64,000 nt of DNA from Gemmatimonadota bacterium (GCA_039588215.1 JBDHAD010000034.1:1230-65229); one strand, 5' to 3'. Shown: positions 9,268 to 19,429, counted from the stretch's first letter. Notes: generated by a model not told the origin, from the letters alone. Program-made: numbers and translations.

Positions 9268-9732
9268 TCAGGATTCCGGCGAGACCATCCCGCCGATCCA
9301 CGACCACCTATCGCCAATCCGCATCAAGATGTCGAGCCGTCTCTCTCGGAGTTCCCTCCTCTCGCCGTTCGTGTCCTCTTCGATGTACAGGACCCAGTTG
9401 TGCATGAGCGCCACGCCGTCGATCACGCTGATCTTGAGCGGCTGGACCTCGAAGTGAATCACATCCGTGCGAGGCCAGTAGACCTCGGTCAGCCAGGTCT
9501 TTCCGTGCTCTTCGAGCCAGCCAGTCCGCGGCGCTGCGGTGCTAGTGAACCAAAAGACCGCCTTGGGATGCTCGTTGCACGTCGCCTCGATGGCCGACAT
9601 GTCCTCCGCGGCCCAAGCCTCCCAGCATCGGTTGTTGACGTCGATCACCTCCTGTTCCTCTGCGGTCCACTGTTGGGCAAACGCGGGTGTGGCGACGAAG
9701 AGAGCCAGCGAAGCGAGGGCGAGAGCACGCAT
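9268..9732 (-). CDS. Secreted SnoaL-like / NTF2-fold protein
   Basis: Signal peptide MRALALASLALFVATPAFA. Size and pattern match DUF4440-like proteins. Confidence 0.55.
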   Translation of the reverse strand: MRALALASLALFVATPAFAQQWTAEEQEVIDVNNRCWEAWAAEDMSAIEATCNEHPKAVFWFTSTAAPRTGWLEEHGKTWLTEVYWPRTDVIHFEVQPLKISVIDGVALMHNWVLYIEEDTNGERRELRERRLDILMRIGDRWSWIGGMVSPES

Positions 9733-10077
9733 GGGGTACCTCCTGTGGCTGTCGATGAGGCTTCGACGATGGGCGAGAGAGAGAGAGGGACGCGCAAAGC
9801 TGGGAGGGGGCGTCGTGAGCCACGCGAACCCTGACCATCCTCGACGCGATGGCCGACCGTGTCACCGGCGGGAAGGGTTTACCGAGCACCCAGCCGTCTC
9901 GTGCGTCCCAGACGCAGCTGAGACCCCCCAATGGGACTCCTACCTGATTACTATTGTGAAGGCTTGTCAGTCATCGCGCCCCAACCCTCTGCCAAGCCTC
10001 TGCAGATGGTCGAGTGCGGTTCGATCAAACTTGTCAAATCCCCCTTCAGGAGTCCCATTCGTTCAAGCGTATGAAGC

Positions 10078-10545
10078 TCATTGACGGGAGCCGAGGGTCT
10101 CGAACCTATACAGAAGGGCCTTCCAGGTATCGTTCTCCCGTACCCACAACTCCGATAGCCGTACATCGTACGCGGTCGTATTGCCAGTGCTGTCAGTGAC
10201 CGTGTTCACCTGGGCACGTTCCAGGACGACGATGTCGGGGCCAAGCACGAGAGTGCGCGTTTCACCCGCCTCGGACGTTTGGGTGATGTTCGGCCAGTAG
10301 TCTTGCATCGTACCAGAACGGGTCATCTCAATTGAACGCCTGCCCACCGCAGAGGAGGTAAACCAATCGGCAAAGTAGCTGAAGTACTCAGGATTCTCGT
10401 TATCGAAGGCGCTCTGCATCTCTGCGCTCAACTGCACAACGCTCTCTCCGATGGTCGCCCTTTGCTCCTCAGTCAATTCGCTCGCTGCGGGCTGACAGGC
10501 AGCCAGCACAGCCGAAGCCAAGGCTACGAGAATGTGGCGTCTCAT
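10078..10545 (-). CDS. SnoaL-like / DUF4440 lipoprotein
   Basis: Lipobox LAAC at the N-terminus, and the C-terminal WVRENDTWKAL motif typical of DUF4440. G+C is visibly lower than in the neighbours. Confidence 0.55.
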   Translation of the reverse strand: MRRHILVALASAVLAACQPAASELTEEQRATIGESVVQLSAEMQSAFDNENPEYFSYFADWFTSSAVGRRSIEMTRSGTMQDYWPNITQTSEAGETRTLVLGPDIVVLERAQVNTVTDSTGNTTAYDVRLSELWVRENDTWKALLYRFETLGSRQ

Positions 10546-10568
10546 GATGACCTCCTGAGAAGTTGGCG

Positions 10569-11006
10569 CTAACTACACTGCTGTGCGGACAGGACCTTCT
10601 GTTCCGCCGCCAGCACCACAGCCGTGACCTCGCAAGGGACACCCGTGCGCCGTCGCGGGGCACCTAGAACCGTGATCTGAATGATCCGCGCCGAGCGCGG
10701 GACTTGGAGGTAGTTATTCAGGCAGATGCTGCGGGTGAGAGTCTGGTCGAATAGACAGACCATGACACCGCGATCCTCGATCCCGACTCGTGGCGCTCGC
10801 AGGAACGTTCTCCGCAAGGGTTCGGCCCAGCCAACTCGCCGGTGATCGCCGATACGGACCATGAACCGTTCGCCCCTGCGGTTGTCGATCACCACCTCGA
10901 GCGGCAGGTCCGAGCCTGTGCCCGACCCCGCCGCTGAGGGCGCGCAGGCCGTGCATAGCAAAGCGACAACCCACAGCAGGCCTGCCGTGGTTCTCAGGTA
11001 CCGCAT
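10569..11006 (-). CDS. Hypothetical lipoprotein
   Basis: Signal/lipobox LLCTAC. No recognisable domain. Confidence 0.45.
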   Translation of the reverse strand: MRYLRTTAGLLWVVALLCTACAPSAAGSGTGSDLPLEVVIDNRRGERFMVRIGDHRRVGWAEPLRRTFLRAPRVGIEDRGVMVCLFDQTLTRSICLNNYLQVPRSARIIQITVLGAPRRRTGVPCEVTAVVLAAEQKVLSAQQCS

Positions 11007-11183
11007 GAAGTGACCTCTGAGCGGGCGGATCCAACGTGCCCAACCCCACCCTGCATCTAACAGACATCACGACCGCGATATCCGCAATGCTCTCAGATCA
11101 GGCTCCCCCAATCGTTACCCCAGGCTGCCAGCGGGAGGGTTGCCGCACCCGATCCATCGTCAGGTGCAGCAGGAAGTTAGAAA

Positions 11184-11433
11184 AATCGGAGCGGCGAGAT
11201 TCGGGGAGCTTGCGACGAGCGAGGACCGCGTCAGCGGCTGCAGCTCTCACTCGCGACCTCCTGCCGTCGAGCCGAAGGCGAGACACTGAGCAGGCGTAGC
11301 CTACGAAGCCACCCCATTCAAGCGGCGCAGCACCCGTACACTTCGATACACTTCAGTACACACCGATTTGGCCGTCTTGACTTCCGTACACTTCAGTACA
11401 CTCCTGCACACTCTGTGACAGTAGGCGTGACAG
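11184..11433 (-). repeat. Junction repeat J3: no terminal hairpin, tRNA-Pro 3' half interrupted by two ~48-nt insertions, plus the iteron arm
   Basis: Near-identical to 23226-23473, including both insertions (11202-11249 and 11264-11311). Confidence 0.85.
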
Positions 11434-11550
11434 TGCGAAGCCATGCGGTCGGGCTTGGTCCCACCGACGATGGCGACCACTCTGGGCATTGTCCCCAGGT
11501 CCTTTCGATGCTATTGCCCGGCGCAATCCCCATCCTCATCGTCAGAATCC

Positions 11551-13569
11551 ATGAGCCTCGTCAACGAACTGAAACGACGGAAGGTCTTCCGGGTGGCAGC
11601 GGTGTATGCGGCTTCGGGCTTCGCGATCCTCGAAGGCGCCGACCTTCTCACCTCGGGCCTCGGTCTTCCGGACGCAGCCCTAAGACTCCTCACGATCCTC
11701 GTGGTGGTGGGGCTCCCGATTGCACTCGCGCTCGCCTGGTTCCTCGAGTGGACGCCCGAGGGGATCCGGACCACGGCCGCGGCCCACACACCGAAGGGTC
11801 GCGCAGAGCTGGTGGAGGCCGCAGACAATTCGCTCCTGGACGCTCGGACCCTCGTCATCGCAGGGGTGCTCGTGGTCTTCGGCGTAGGCCTCGGGACCGG
11901 CCTCTTTCTTAACTCGGGCGGAGCTGACCTGAGCGACGACAGCCCTTCTCTCGCCGTTCTCCAGGCTGGCGACATGGCGGATCGGATGCGTGCGCGCGTC
12001 CTCGTCATCCCTCTGCAGAATCAGACTGGTGAGCCCCACCTCGCGCCGTTGGGCAAGCTCTGCGCGGAGTGGATCGAGCAGGGGCTAGTCCGCGCCGCGA
12101 TCGCCCATGTGGTCCCCATGCGCCAGGTGCGGGGTGATGAGTCCGGCGGTGAGGGTCGCCCCGGCTGGCAGCCCCCGTTGGAGGAACTGATCGAGCGCGC
12201 CAGACCTACGGCTCTCGTCACGGGCGCCTACTATCTAGTCGGCGATGAGATCGAGGTCCATGTGGACATCCGGCTTGTATCCGACGATCGCCTGCTCTAC
12301 AAGCTCGATCCCGCCACGGGCCCGTCAACCGACCCGATGGTGGCGTTCGAGGGGGTGAGCAGCCGCGTGGCGGGCGCGCTCGCCGCGTATCTCGGCGTGG
12401 ATCTGGGAACCCCCGAGCTATTCACTCCTCCTCCCAGCCTGGAGGCGTTCCGCCAGATCAGTCTGGCGGACGACTACTTCGAGCGGCAGGAATATCGGCG
12501 CGCGATCGAGCACACCGACCGTGCGTACGCGCTGGACACGACCTTTATCGCTCCTCTGCTACAGGCCGTGGGCTCGTACGCGAATCTCGTTCGTCTGGCG
12601 GAGGCGGATTCGGTCCTCTCGTTTCTCCAGGCACGGCGCCAGCGGCTGACGCAGATCGAGCAGTTGAAGCTGGAGTGGTACGAAGCGAGCTTCCGCGGGG
12701 ATCTTGAGGGCCGCTACCGCGTCGCCCGAGCACTGTTCGAGATGGCCCCGGCGGATTGGGCGTATGGGGCGGCGTTCGCGGCGGTCCGGGCCAACTACCC
12801 GTCCGCAGCGTTGGATTACCTGGCGCTCCGCGATCTCACCACGTCATGGGGCCGAAACTGGGCGCCCTGGGACTATCAGCACACGAACGCGCTGTTCATG
12901 CTGAAGCGGGACGAAGAGGGACTCGACGCCATCAGAGCGGCCAAGACTCGATATCCCGGTGATCGGGTTCTACTCTACAGGGAGGCCTGGGCGTTGGCCG
13001 CCCTCGGGCGACTGGCTGAGGTCGAGCCTGTCGTCGAAGAAGCACGGGGCTTGGGAGCCGAATTCGTAACCGAAGTCATTATCGACGTGGCGGAGATGCT
13101 CCGCTCGCTGGGCCGCACGGACGAATCCAAGGGGTGGGCTCATCGGGCCTTGGCCGAAGCCGAGCGCGCAACCGGAGATACCCGCGAGCTCAGGGCTCTC
13201 GGACACTACTTCGCCGAGGAGTGGGAGGCAGCCCTGCTGCTGTTCGAGTCTCTATCCGACGAGGAGCCCGAGAACGTCGACCGCCTTGGCTGGCTCGGCA
13301 GCACTCTGGCCCGCCTGGGGCGTCGCCAGGAGGCCGAGGCCGTCATCGGACAGCTCGAAATGCCTGGGGTCCCCTATCTCCGCGGCTTCAACACCCGCCG
13401 CCAGGCGTACATTCGAGCGGTACTCGGGGATGAGCAGGAAGCGTTACGGTTGCTCGAGGAGTCGTACGCACGCGGGGTGTACCACAACCCGTGGGTGCGC
13501 TCGAACGTTGATCTCGAGTCGCTCCGTGCGAACCCGCGTTTCGATCGCGTTGTCACACCTCGAGGCTAG
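11551..13569 (+). CDS. Membrane-anchored TPR-repeat protein with a periplasmic LPL-N-type module
   Basis: N-terminus MSLVNELKRRKVFRVAAVYAASGFAILEGADLL is a common TM anchor of signalling/TPR proteins. Also has VLVIPLQNQTGEP and C-terminal TPR-like repeats. Confidence 0.7.
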   Translation: MSLVNELKRRKVFRVAAVYAASGFAILEGADLLTSGLGLPDAALRLLTILVVVGLPIALALAWFLEWTPEGIRTTAAAHTPKGRAELVEAADNSLLDARTLVIAGVLVVFGVGLGTGLFLNSGGADLSDDSPSLAVLQAGDMADRMRARVLVIPLQNQTGEPHLAPLGKLCAEWIEQGLVRAAIAHVVPMRQVRGDESGGEGRPGWQPPLEELIERARPTALVTGAYYLVGDEIEVHVDIRLVSDDRLLYKLDPATGPSTDPMVAFEGVSSRVAGALAAYLGVDLGTPELFTPPPSLEAFRQISLADDYFERQEYRRAIEHTDRAYALDTTFIAPLLQAVGSYANLVRLAEADSVLSFLQARRQRLTQIEQLKLEWYEASFRGDLEGRYRVARALFEMAPADWAYGAAFAAVRANYPSAALDYLALRDLTTSWGRNWAPWDYQHTNALFMLKRDEEGLDAIRAAKTRYPGDRVLLYREAWALAALGRLAEVEPVVEEARGLGAEFVTEVIIDVAEMLRSLGRTDESKGWAHRALAEAERATGDTRELRALGHYFAEEWEAALLLFESLSDEEPENVDRLGWLGSTLARLGRRQEAEAVIGQLEMPGVPYLRGFNTRRQAYIRAVLGDEQEALRLLEESYARGVYHNPWVRSNVDLESLRANPRFDRVVTPRG

Positions 13570-13612
13570 CGGACCCCACAGGGCCCCCGTCGGACCGCCG
13601 AGCGGATTCGGT

Positions 13613-14950
13613 ATGAAGCGCGTCGTCTGTAACAGTCTACTGCTATGCGGTTGTTTCGGTGCCGCGACCGGGAGCGTTGAAGCCCAGGGGTCGCCACCGT
13701 TCGAGGAATACCGCGCTTGGGCCGCCGAGCATGCGATCCGCGTAGACCACGCTGGCGTCGGTACCGACCTTTCCGACCTTGCGGCCCTGGCTCCGGTGAT
13801 CGGTTCCGCGCGAGTCGTCAGCTTCAGCGAACCGTTTCACGGTGCCCACGAACCGTTAGCACTGCGCAATCGGCTTCTCGAGTACCTCGTGACCGAGCAT
13901 GGCTTCACAGCGATCGCGTTGGAGACCGCTCTGTCGACCTCCAAGCTGCTCCACGATTACGTGCTTGGGGGTGAAGGGGAGGCCGGTGCGCTTGCCCGTG
14001 AGGCCTTCAGTGCCCGGTTCGGGCTCTTCCAGGAGAACGTGGATTTGTTGGAGTGGATCCGCGCGTACAATCAGAGCGTGCCATCCTCCCGCGCCGTCCG
14101 ACTCTATGGGGTCGACCTCACCGGGCACGAGATTTCCTGCGCCTGCCGTTCGCTAGAGGCGGTGATCGAGTTCCTCCGCGAGACAGGCCTGCCCGGTGCC
14201 GCGCCCGTGCGTGAGGCGGTTGAAGAAGTGATTCCACTGTTCCGCTTTGATGCGTACCCTGAGCTGACTTCGGTGCAGAAGGACCAGATCACGGTAACCA
14301 TCGATCGCGTGCTGGCCTTTCTCGATCACGACCGAGCTGATTTGGTCGAATTGGTGGGTGCCGACGACTACGCGTGGGTGCGTCGGCAAGCGGTGGCTGC
14401 CCATCAGGACAACGCTTTCTTGAGGTATTTGGAGGACCCATGGGCGCTCCGAGAAGCCGGGATGGCGGACAACCTCCGCTGGGTTCTGGATCGGGAGGGA
14501 CCCACTGGCAGAGTCATGTTCTTCGCCAACAACACCCATACCGGCTCGCACCGATTCAGCCTCGGGCGAGACTTACCCTCCGACTGGCCCACCAAGGGTC
14601 TCGCATCCGCCGGATTCCTTCTCCGGAGGGAGCTCGGGTCCGACCTGGTCACGATTGGCACGTACTTTGGAGAAGGAGTCGGGGACTTTTGGTTCATGGG
14701 TGGCGGGCAGCCGTTTCCCCGTGATGATGATGGTATCGATGCTCTCCTGGGCTCGGTCTCGGTCCCCACTTACCTGATCGATCTCCGAGCACTTCCCACG
14801 AGTGGCCGTCTCGGAACTTGGATGCGCATGGAACACGAGACCCGCCTGTTCAACCGATACCACCTCCGTTTTGCGCCCGTCGATGCCTTTGACGCGATTC
14901 TTTACATCAACTTGCTTACCCCCGCTACTCGCGTCGCGGAGGATCCATAG
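13613..14950 (+). CDS. Erythromycin esterase (Ere/ChaN-like) family protein, secreted
   Basis: Signal peptide present. The motif VVSFSEPFHGAHEPLALRNRLLEYLVTEHGFTAIALE resembles the GEATHGT.EF block of erythromycin esterases. Confidence 0.65.
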   Translation: MKRVVCNSLLLCGCFGAATGSVEAQGSPPFEEYRAWAAEHAIRVDHAGVGTDLSDLAALAPVIGSARVVSFSEPFHGAHEPLALRNRLLEYLVTEHGFTAIALETALSTSKLLHDYVLGGEGEAGALAREAFSARFGLFQENVDLLEWIRAYNQSVPSSRAVRLYGVDLTGHEISCACRSLEAVIEFLRETGLPGAAPVREAVEEVIPLFRFDAYPELTSVQKDQITVTIDRVLAFLDHDRADLVELVGADDYAWVRRQAVAAHQDNAFLRYLEDPWALREAGMADNLRWVLDREGPTGRVMFFANNTHTGSHRFSLGRDLPSDWPTKGLASAGFLLRRELGSDLVTIGTYFGEGVGDFWFMGGGQPFPRDDDGIDALLGSVSVPTYLIDLRALPTSGRLGTWMRMEHETRLFNRYHLRFAPVDAFDAILYINLLTPATRVAEDP

Positions 14951-15013
14951 CGCGGTGACCGTCCTCCGTGTGACAGTTGCGGTCAACTTGGGAGTGTTAC
15001 AGGCAGGTCCCAG

Positions 15014-15190
15014 ATGCACGAAAGCCCGCATGGTTGCGGGCTTTCTGCGTAATCGGGGCGGCGAGATTCGAACTCGCGACCTCCTGAACCCCATTCAAGC
15101 GGCGCAGCACCCGTACACTTCGATACACTTCTTTTGACTTCCGTACACTTCGATACAAACCTGCACACTCTGTGACAGTAGGCGTGACAG
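15014..15190 (-). repeat. Junction repeat J4: hairpin, tRNA-Pro 3' half, and a shortened iteron arm with a 20-nt deletion
   Basis: Its 47-nt tRNA-derived block (from AATCGGGG to CCATTCA) is identical to that of J2, J5, J6 and tRNA-Pro. The arm lacks CGTACACACCGATTTCGGCG. Confidence 0.9.
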
Positions 15191-15295
15191 GTCATTTCGG
15201 CAGTCCGCCGGAGCGTCGCTTGCCAGCCCCCTTTCCCATGATCAGCTTCAGATTGTGGAGATTCAGAGCTGACGCATTCACCCAGGCGGTTCTGC

Positions 15296-17908
15296 ATGGC
15301 TTCAAAGTTCGACAGGCTCGAAGCGGCGCTCGCTGACCGCTACCAGATCGAGCGTGAGCTGGGTCAGGGCGGCATGGCGACCGTCTACCTGGCCGAGGAC
15401 CTGAAGCACGAACGCCAGGTGGCGATCAAGGTCCTCAAGCCCGAGCTCGCCGCCGTGATCGGGGCCGATCGGTTCCTGACCGAGATCAAGACCACCGCCA
15501 ACCTCCAGCACCCCCACATCCTGCCGCTCTTCGACTCGGGAGAGGCAGGCGGCTTCCTCTTTTATGTGATGCCTTATGTGGACGGGGAGAGCCTCAAACA
15601 GCGGCTGACTCGAGAGAAGCAGCTCTCGATCGACGAAACCGTCCGCGTCGCCGCGGAGGTGGGCGACGCCCTCAACTACGCGCATCGCCGGGGCATCATC
15701 CACCGAGACGTCAAGCCGGAGAACGTGCTCCTCCAGGACGGACGGGTGCTCGTGGCCGACTTCGGCATCGCGCTCGCCGTGCATGCCGGGGGTGGAGCGC
15801 GGCTTACCGAGACGGGCTTGAGCCTCGGAACGCCCGCATACATGAGCCCGGAACAGGCGGCAGGGGACCGAGAGGTTGATGGCCGGACGGACGTCTACTC
15901 CCTGGGATGCCTCATCTACGAGATGCTCTCGGGAGAGCCACCGCACTCGGGTTCCACCGCGCAGGCCGTGCTGGCCAGCGTCCTTACCCAGCGTCCGCGG
16001 CCGGTGGTCGAGCTTCGGGAGACCGTGCCCGACTGGCTCGCGGCGCTGACCCACCGGGCGCTGGCCCGTCTCCCCGCCGACCGGTTCTCCACTGCCGGCG
16101 CACTGAGGGATCGGCTGCTCGATCCGGGCAAGGTCGCTCGAGACGTCGTACACGGTGCCGCGGGGCCCCGCGCGCCCCGAAGCTGGCACCTTCCGGCGGC
16201 ATTGGGTGTTGCCGGTTTGGTGGCGGGCCTGATCTTGGGCGCGCTCTTCTCGGGCGGCCGCAGCATGGAGCCGCGACCGACGTACATTCCCGTGTCGCTG
16301 CCGGACGGGGTTGGTCTCAGAACCGAGTTCTTTACGGCCTTGAATCGGAGCGTGACGATCTCACCCGACGGACGGACGGTGGTGTTCGTCGGTGAGCGTG
16401 GGGGGCAACGTCTGTATCGCTTGTCCCTCGACGCCCCGGGCGGGATCGAGCCGATCCCCGGGACCGAGGGAGCGCGTTCCCCCTTCTACTCCTCGACCGG
16501 AGTGTGGATCGGCTTCGTCTCCGGTTCCAGCCTGATGAAAGTGCCCGCCGGCGGGGGCACAGCGACGGAGCTGGCCGCCGTCAGCGGGTTTCGGGGTGGT
16601 GCCTGGGGGCCGGACGACGAGTTCATCTACTACGTCCCCGTGTTGTTCGGGGGCGTGTGGAGGATGGCCGCCGACGGAGGCGAGCCCCAGGAGCTCACCA
16701 GACCCGCCCACGACGGCATCGATGCCGCCCACATGTGGCCGACGATCCTGCCGAATGGGGATCTCCTGTTCACGAGCTGCTGCGGTGACGTAAGGACCTT
16801 CGTTCTGGAGGGCGCGGATCCGGAGCGGACGCCGCGATCGCTCATCCCGGGTGGTGACGCCCAGTACGTGCCGAGTGGGCACCTCGTCTTCATGCAGCGC
16901 GCGAACACGATGATCGCCGCCTACGATCTCGAAGCGCGCGAAGTCGGGCCACCGGAGCCCGTGCTCGACGCCGTGATCACGGGCCATGAAATGTTCGCCG
17001 AGATGGCGGTGTCGGCTTCGGGGACGGTCGCCTACCTCGCGGGGAGATCGGAGTTCGAGCGACCGCTGGTGCGCATCTACCCCGACGGGTCGGTGAATTC
17101 CATCCCCATACCACCGGCGTCGCACGCATTCCCCATCCGCTTCTCGCTGGACGGGAGGAGCCTCCTGTACGCCTCGTACGAGGAGAGCCAGGACATCTTC
17201 TCGTACGATCTCGTGGGGGGCCGCCAGCCGCGCCGACTCACCACCCATCCGTCCAACGACTACTCACCCATCTGGGGGCCCGGGCCGTCGAGGATCACCT
17301 TCACGTCGATCCGGGACGGCGGCCGTGATCTCTACACGCTGGAGGTCGACTCCGGGACAGGACCCCAGCCGTTGTTCGGGAACGATCTGTCCAAATGGCC
17401 CCAGTCCTGGACGGCGGATGGAGCCTGGCTGCTCTTCCATGTGACGGATCCGGACACCGGAGAGGATCTCTGGCTCTACTCCGCGGAGGCCGACTCGGCC
17501 TGGGCCTTCCTCGATGAGCCCTACAACGAAAACCAGGGTGCCTTCGCGCCCTCGGGCGACTGGCTCGCATACGCCCGCGACGATTTCGGCCAGAGGCCCG
17601 AAATCTGGGCGATGGCTTTCCCGGATGCCGTGCCGTGCCCGGTCTCGAGCGGAGGGGGCAACTTCCCGGTGTGGTCCAGGGACGGCGCCCGGCTGTACTA
17701 CCTGAAGGGGGACACGCTGATGTTGGCCGAAGCGGAAGGCGGAAGCGTCTGCGACGTGCGTCCCAGACCCTACGTCACCGGCATGAACACCGTCTGGGGA
17801 CTCCCACCCGACGAGAGTTATGTGGTGACCGTATCACCTCCCCCGCCTCCCGAGCTCAGGTTGGTGATCGATTGGGCGACCGAGTTGGAGGGGCGGGCGA
17901 GGGACTAG
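15296..17908 (+). CDS. Ser/Thr protein kinase fused to a TolB-like beta-propeller
   Basis: Kinase motifs GQGGMATVYLA, HRDVKPEN, DFG and YMSPEQ. One TM segment, then SPDGR/PDG propeller repeats. The N-terminal ~90 aa are very close to the 23580 paralog. Confidence 0.9.
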   Translation: MASKFDRLEAALADRYQIERELGQGGMATVYLAEDLKHERQVAIKVLKPELAAVIGADRFLTEIKTTANLQHPHILPLFDSGEAGGFLFYVMPYVDGESLKQRLTREKQLSIDETVRVAAEVGDALNYAHRRGIIHRDVKPENVLLQDGRVLVADFGIALAVHAGGGARLTETGLSLGTPAYMSPEQAAGDREVDGRTDVYSLGCLIYEMLSGEPPHSGSTAQAVLASVLTQRPRPVVELRETVPDWLAALTHRALARLPADRFSTAGALRDRLLDPGKVARDVVHGAAGPRAPRSWHLPAALGVAGLVAGLILGALFSGGRSMEPRPTYIPVSLPDGVGLRTEFFTALNRSVTISPDGRTVVFVGERGGQRLYRLSLDAPGGIEPIPGTEGARSPFYSSTGVWIGFVSGSSLMKVPAGGGTATELAAVSGFRGGAWGPDDEFIYYVPVLFGGVWRMAADGGEPQELTRPAHDGIDAAHMWPTILPNGDLLFTSCCGDVRTFVLEGADPERTPRSLIPGGDAQYVPSGHLVFMQRANTMIAAYDLEAREVGPPEPVLDAVITGHEMFAEMAVSASGTVAYLAGRSEFERPLVRIYPDGSVNSIPIPPASHAFPIRFSLDGRSLLYASYEESQDIFSYDLVGGRQPRRLTTHPSNDYSPIWGPGPSRITFTSIRDGGRDLYTLEVDSGTGPQPLFGNDLSKWPQSWTADGAWLLFHVTDPDTGEDLWLYSAEADSAWAFLDEPYNENQGAFAPSGDWLAYARDDFGQRPEIWAMAFPDAVPCPVSSGGGNFPVWSRDGARLYYLKGDTLMLAEAEGGSVCDVRPRPYVTGMNTVWGLPPDESYVVTVSPPPPPELRLVIDWATELEGRARD

Positions 17909-17960
17909 ACGAGGCTCGCCGGAGCAGGTGGTCGAGCGCTTCAGCGGGATACGACCGTAG

Positions 17961-18156
17961 ATGCTGAAAGCCCGCATGGTTGCGGGCTTTTCGCATAATC
18001 GGGGCGGCGAGATTCGAACTCGCGACCTCCTGAACCCCATTCAACCGGCGCAGCACGCGTACACCCGCGTACACTTGATCTCACGCTGATTTCGGTGGAA
18101 CGACGTGATCTCAGTCGATCTCAGACTTGCTCATTCTGTGACAGCTAGCGTGACAG
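17961..18156 (-). repeat. Junction repeat J5: hairpin, tRNA-Pro 3' half, and a divergent arm with GATCTCA x3 in place of most TACACTTC iterons
   Basis: The core is identical to the other copies. The arm (18057-18130) differs, but the terminal CTGTGACAGCTAGCGTGACAG is retained. Confidence 0.85.
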
Positions 18157-18291
18157 TCCGTGATGATCTCCTCAGACCCACTGACCAGCTTTCGGTTCTC
18201 TGGGTCTAACTCACCCGTACCGGGGCCCTCGGTCGCCGGATCTCAAAGGAGCCTGCGTGGCAGCCGTCGGAGATCATCCCCCGAAAGGAAG

Positions 18292-19050
18292 TTATGGAGC
18301 CGCACCTGCAACCATTTCCAGTATTTCATCTGGAGAAAACCTGCTCAACTCAAGAATGTTCTTCCCGGAATCAGCCATCGCCCTGTTTACGAGATACATG
18401 CCAGTTCGATAACCGATGGCAAACCGGCCATCCGGGTGTTGACTCATCCAATGCCCGTAATTGGCGTCGATGGGCAGAGCCAGGATTTCCTTCAACCACA
18501 GGTCCCCATTCTCAGGATTGGCGAGCTTTTCAAACGAACCGTCCGCGTACTGCTCGGAGAAAACTACCGCCAAGCCTTCGTTGACTGCGGCGATGGGGAT
18601 ACCTCGCCCAAACTTGTTGCCCGTCATGGTCCAGCCACGATCCTGATGATGAAACTCGTGAAAAACCAAACGAGATAGATTCTTGTTGACCGCCGCAGAA
18701 ATGCCACCGGGGAATCCAGCAGAAATATCGATGATGACTAGCCCCGGTGCATCGGAGCGACCATTAAGATCCATTGACGTCCCCCAGTAGTCGAACCTTT
18801 CGTCAACAAACGTCACTATTACACTGATGTCTTCCGGTAAGGAGGGCACTAGTGCTCGTACCCTTCTTTCCGCCTCTGCTATGATATTGGTGATGAGACG
18901 TTGTTCCTCAGGCTTGACTCCATATCTTTCGCTGTCTTTAAACTGTATGTCCAGTCCCGTTTGATCCATCGACGTTTCCGTGTCAATGGCTAACACGGTA
19001 TGAGTGCTGGTTAGAACACAGGTCAAGATAATTGTTGATGCTCTGGACAT
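18292..19050 (-). CDS. DUF2268-like putative Zn-dependent protease, secreted
   Basis: HEFHH (HExxH) motif, with downstream EGLAVVFSE and GYRTGMYLVNRAM blocks reminiscent of DUF2268. G+C is clearly lower than in the flanks. Confidence 0.6.
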   Translation of the reverse strand: MSRASTIILTCVLTSTHTVLAIDTETSMDQTGLDIQFKDSERYGVKPEEQRLITNIIAEAERRVRALVPSLPEDISVIVTFVDERFDYWGTSMDLNGRSDAPGLVIIDISAGFPGGISAAVNKNLSRLVFHEFHHQDRGWTMTGNKFGRGIPIAAVNEGLAVVFSEQYADGSFEKLANPENGDLWLKEILALPIDANYGHWMSQHPDGRFAIGYRTGMYLVNRAMADSGKNILELSRFSPDEILEMVAGAAP

Positions 19051-19233
19051 GTTCCATGTACTCCGTGCCTGTCTTGCTTCAATTCGGGTGTACCAAGATA
19101 GCTCACATTTGAAGCATAAGCGTTCACGTCGCGGCTTTGTCTTGGCAATAGGGGTTCAACGGTGTGGTTCTTCTTATTGCGTATTCCCGTGGTGCGCACC
19201 GACCTTGCACGCAGAGATGTCCTTGGGCCCAGA

Positions 19234-19429
19234 ATGCACGAAAGCCCGCATGTTCGCGGGCTTTCGACCAATCGGGGCGGCGAGATTCGAACTCGCGACC
19301 TCCTGAACCCCATTCAAGCGGCGCAGCACCCGCACACTTCGATACAATTCAGTATACACCGATTGGACCGTTTTGACTTCCGTACACTTCAGTACAAACC
19401 TGCACACCCTGTGACAGCTAGCGTGACAG
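19234..19429 (-). repeat. Junction repeat J6: hairpin, tRNA-Pro 3' half, and iteron arm
   Basis: Core identical to J2, J4, J5 and the tRNA. The arm is collinear with J1 and J2 with scattered substitutions. Confidence 0.9.

Noticed and set aside
9050-9965. The 12-mer TTGTGAAGGCTT is repeated at 9050 and 9954, possibly marking IS ends.
   Set aside because: Exact 12-mer repeats are expected many times by chance in 64 kb. The first copy lies inside the transposase coding region. Only the 18-mer repeat was retained as a finding.
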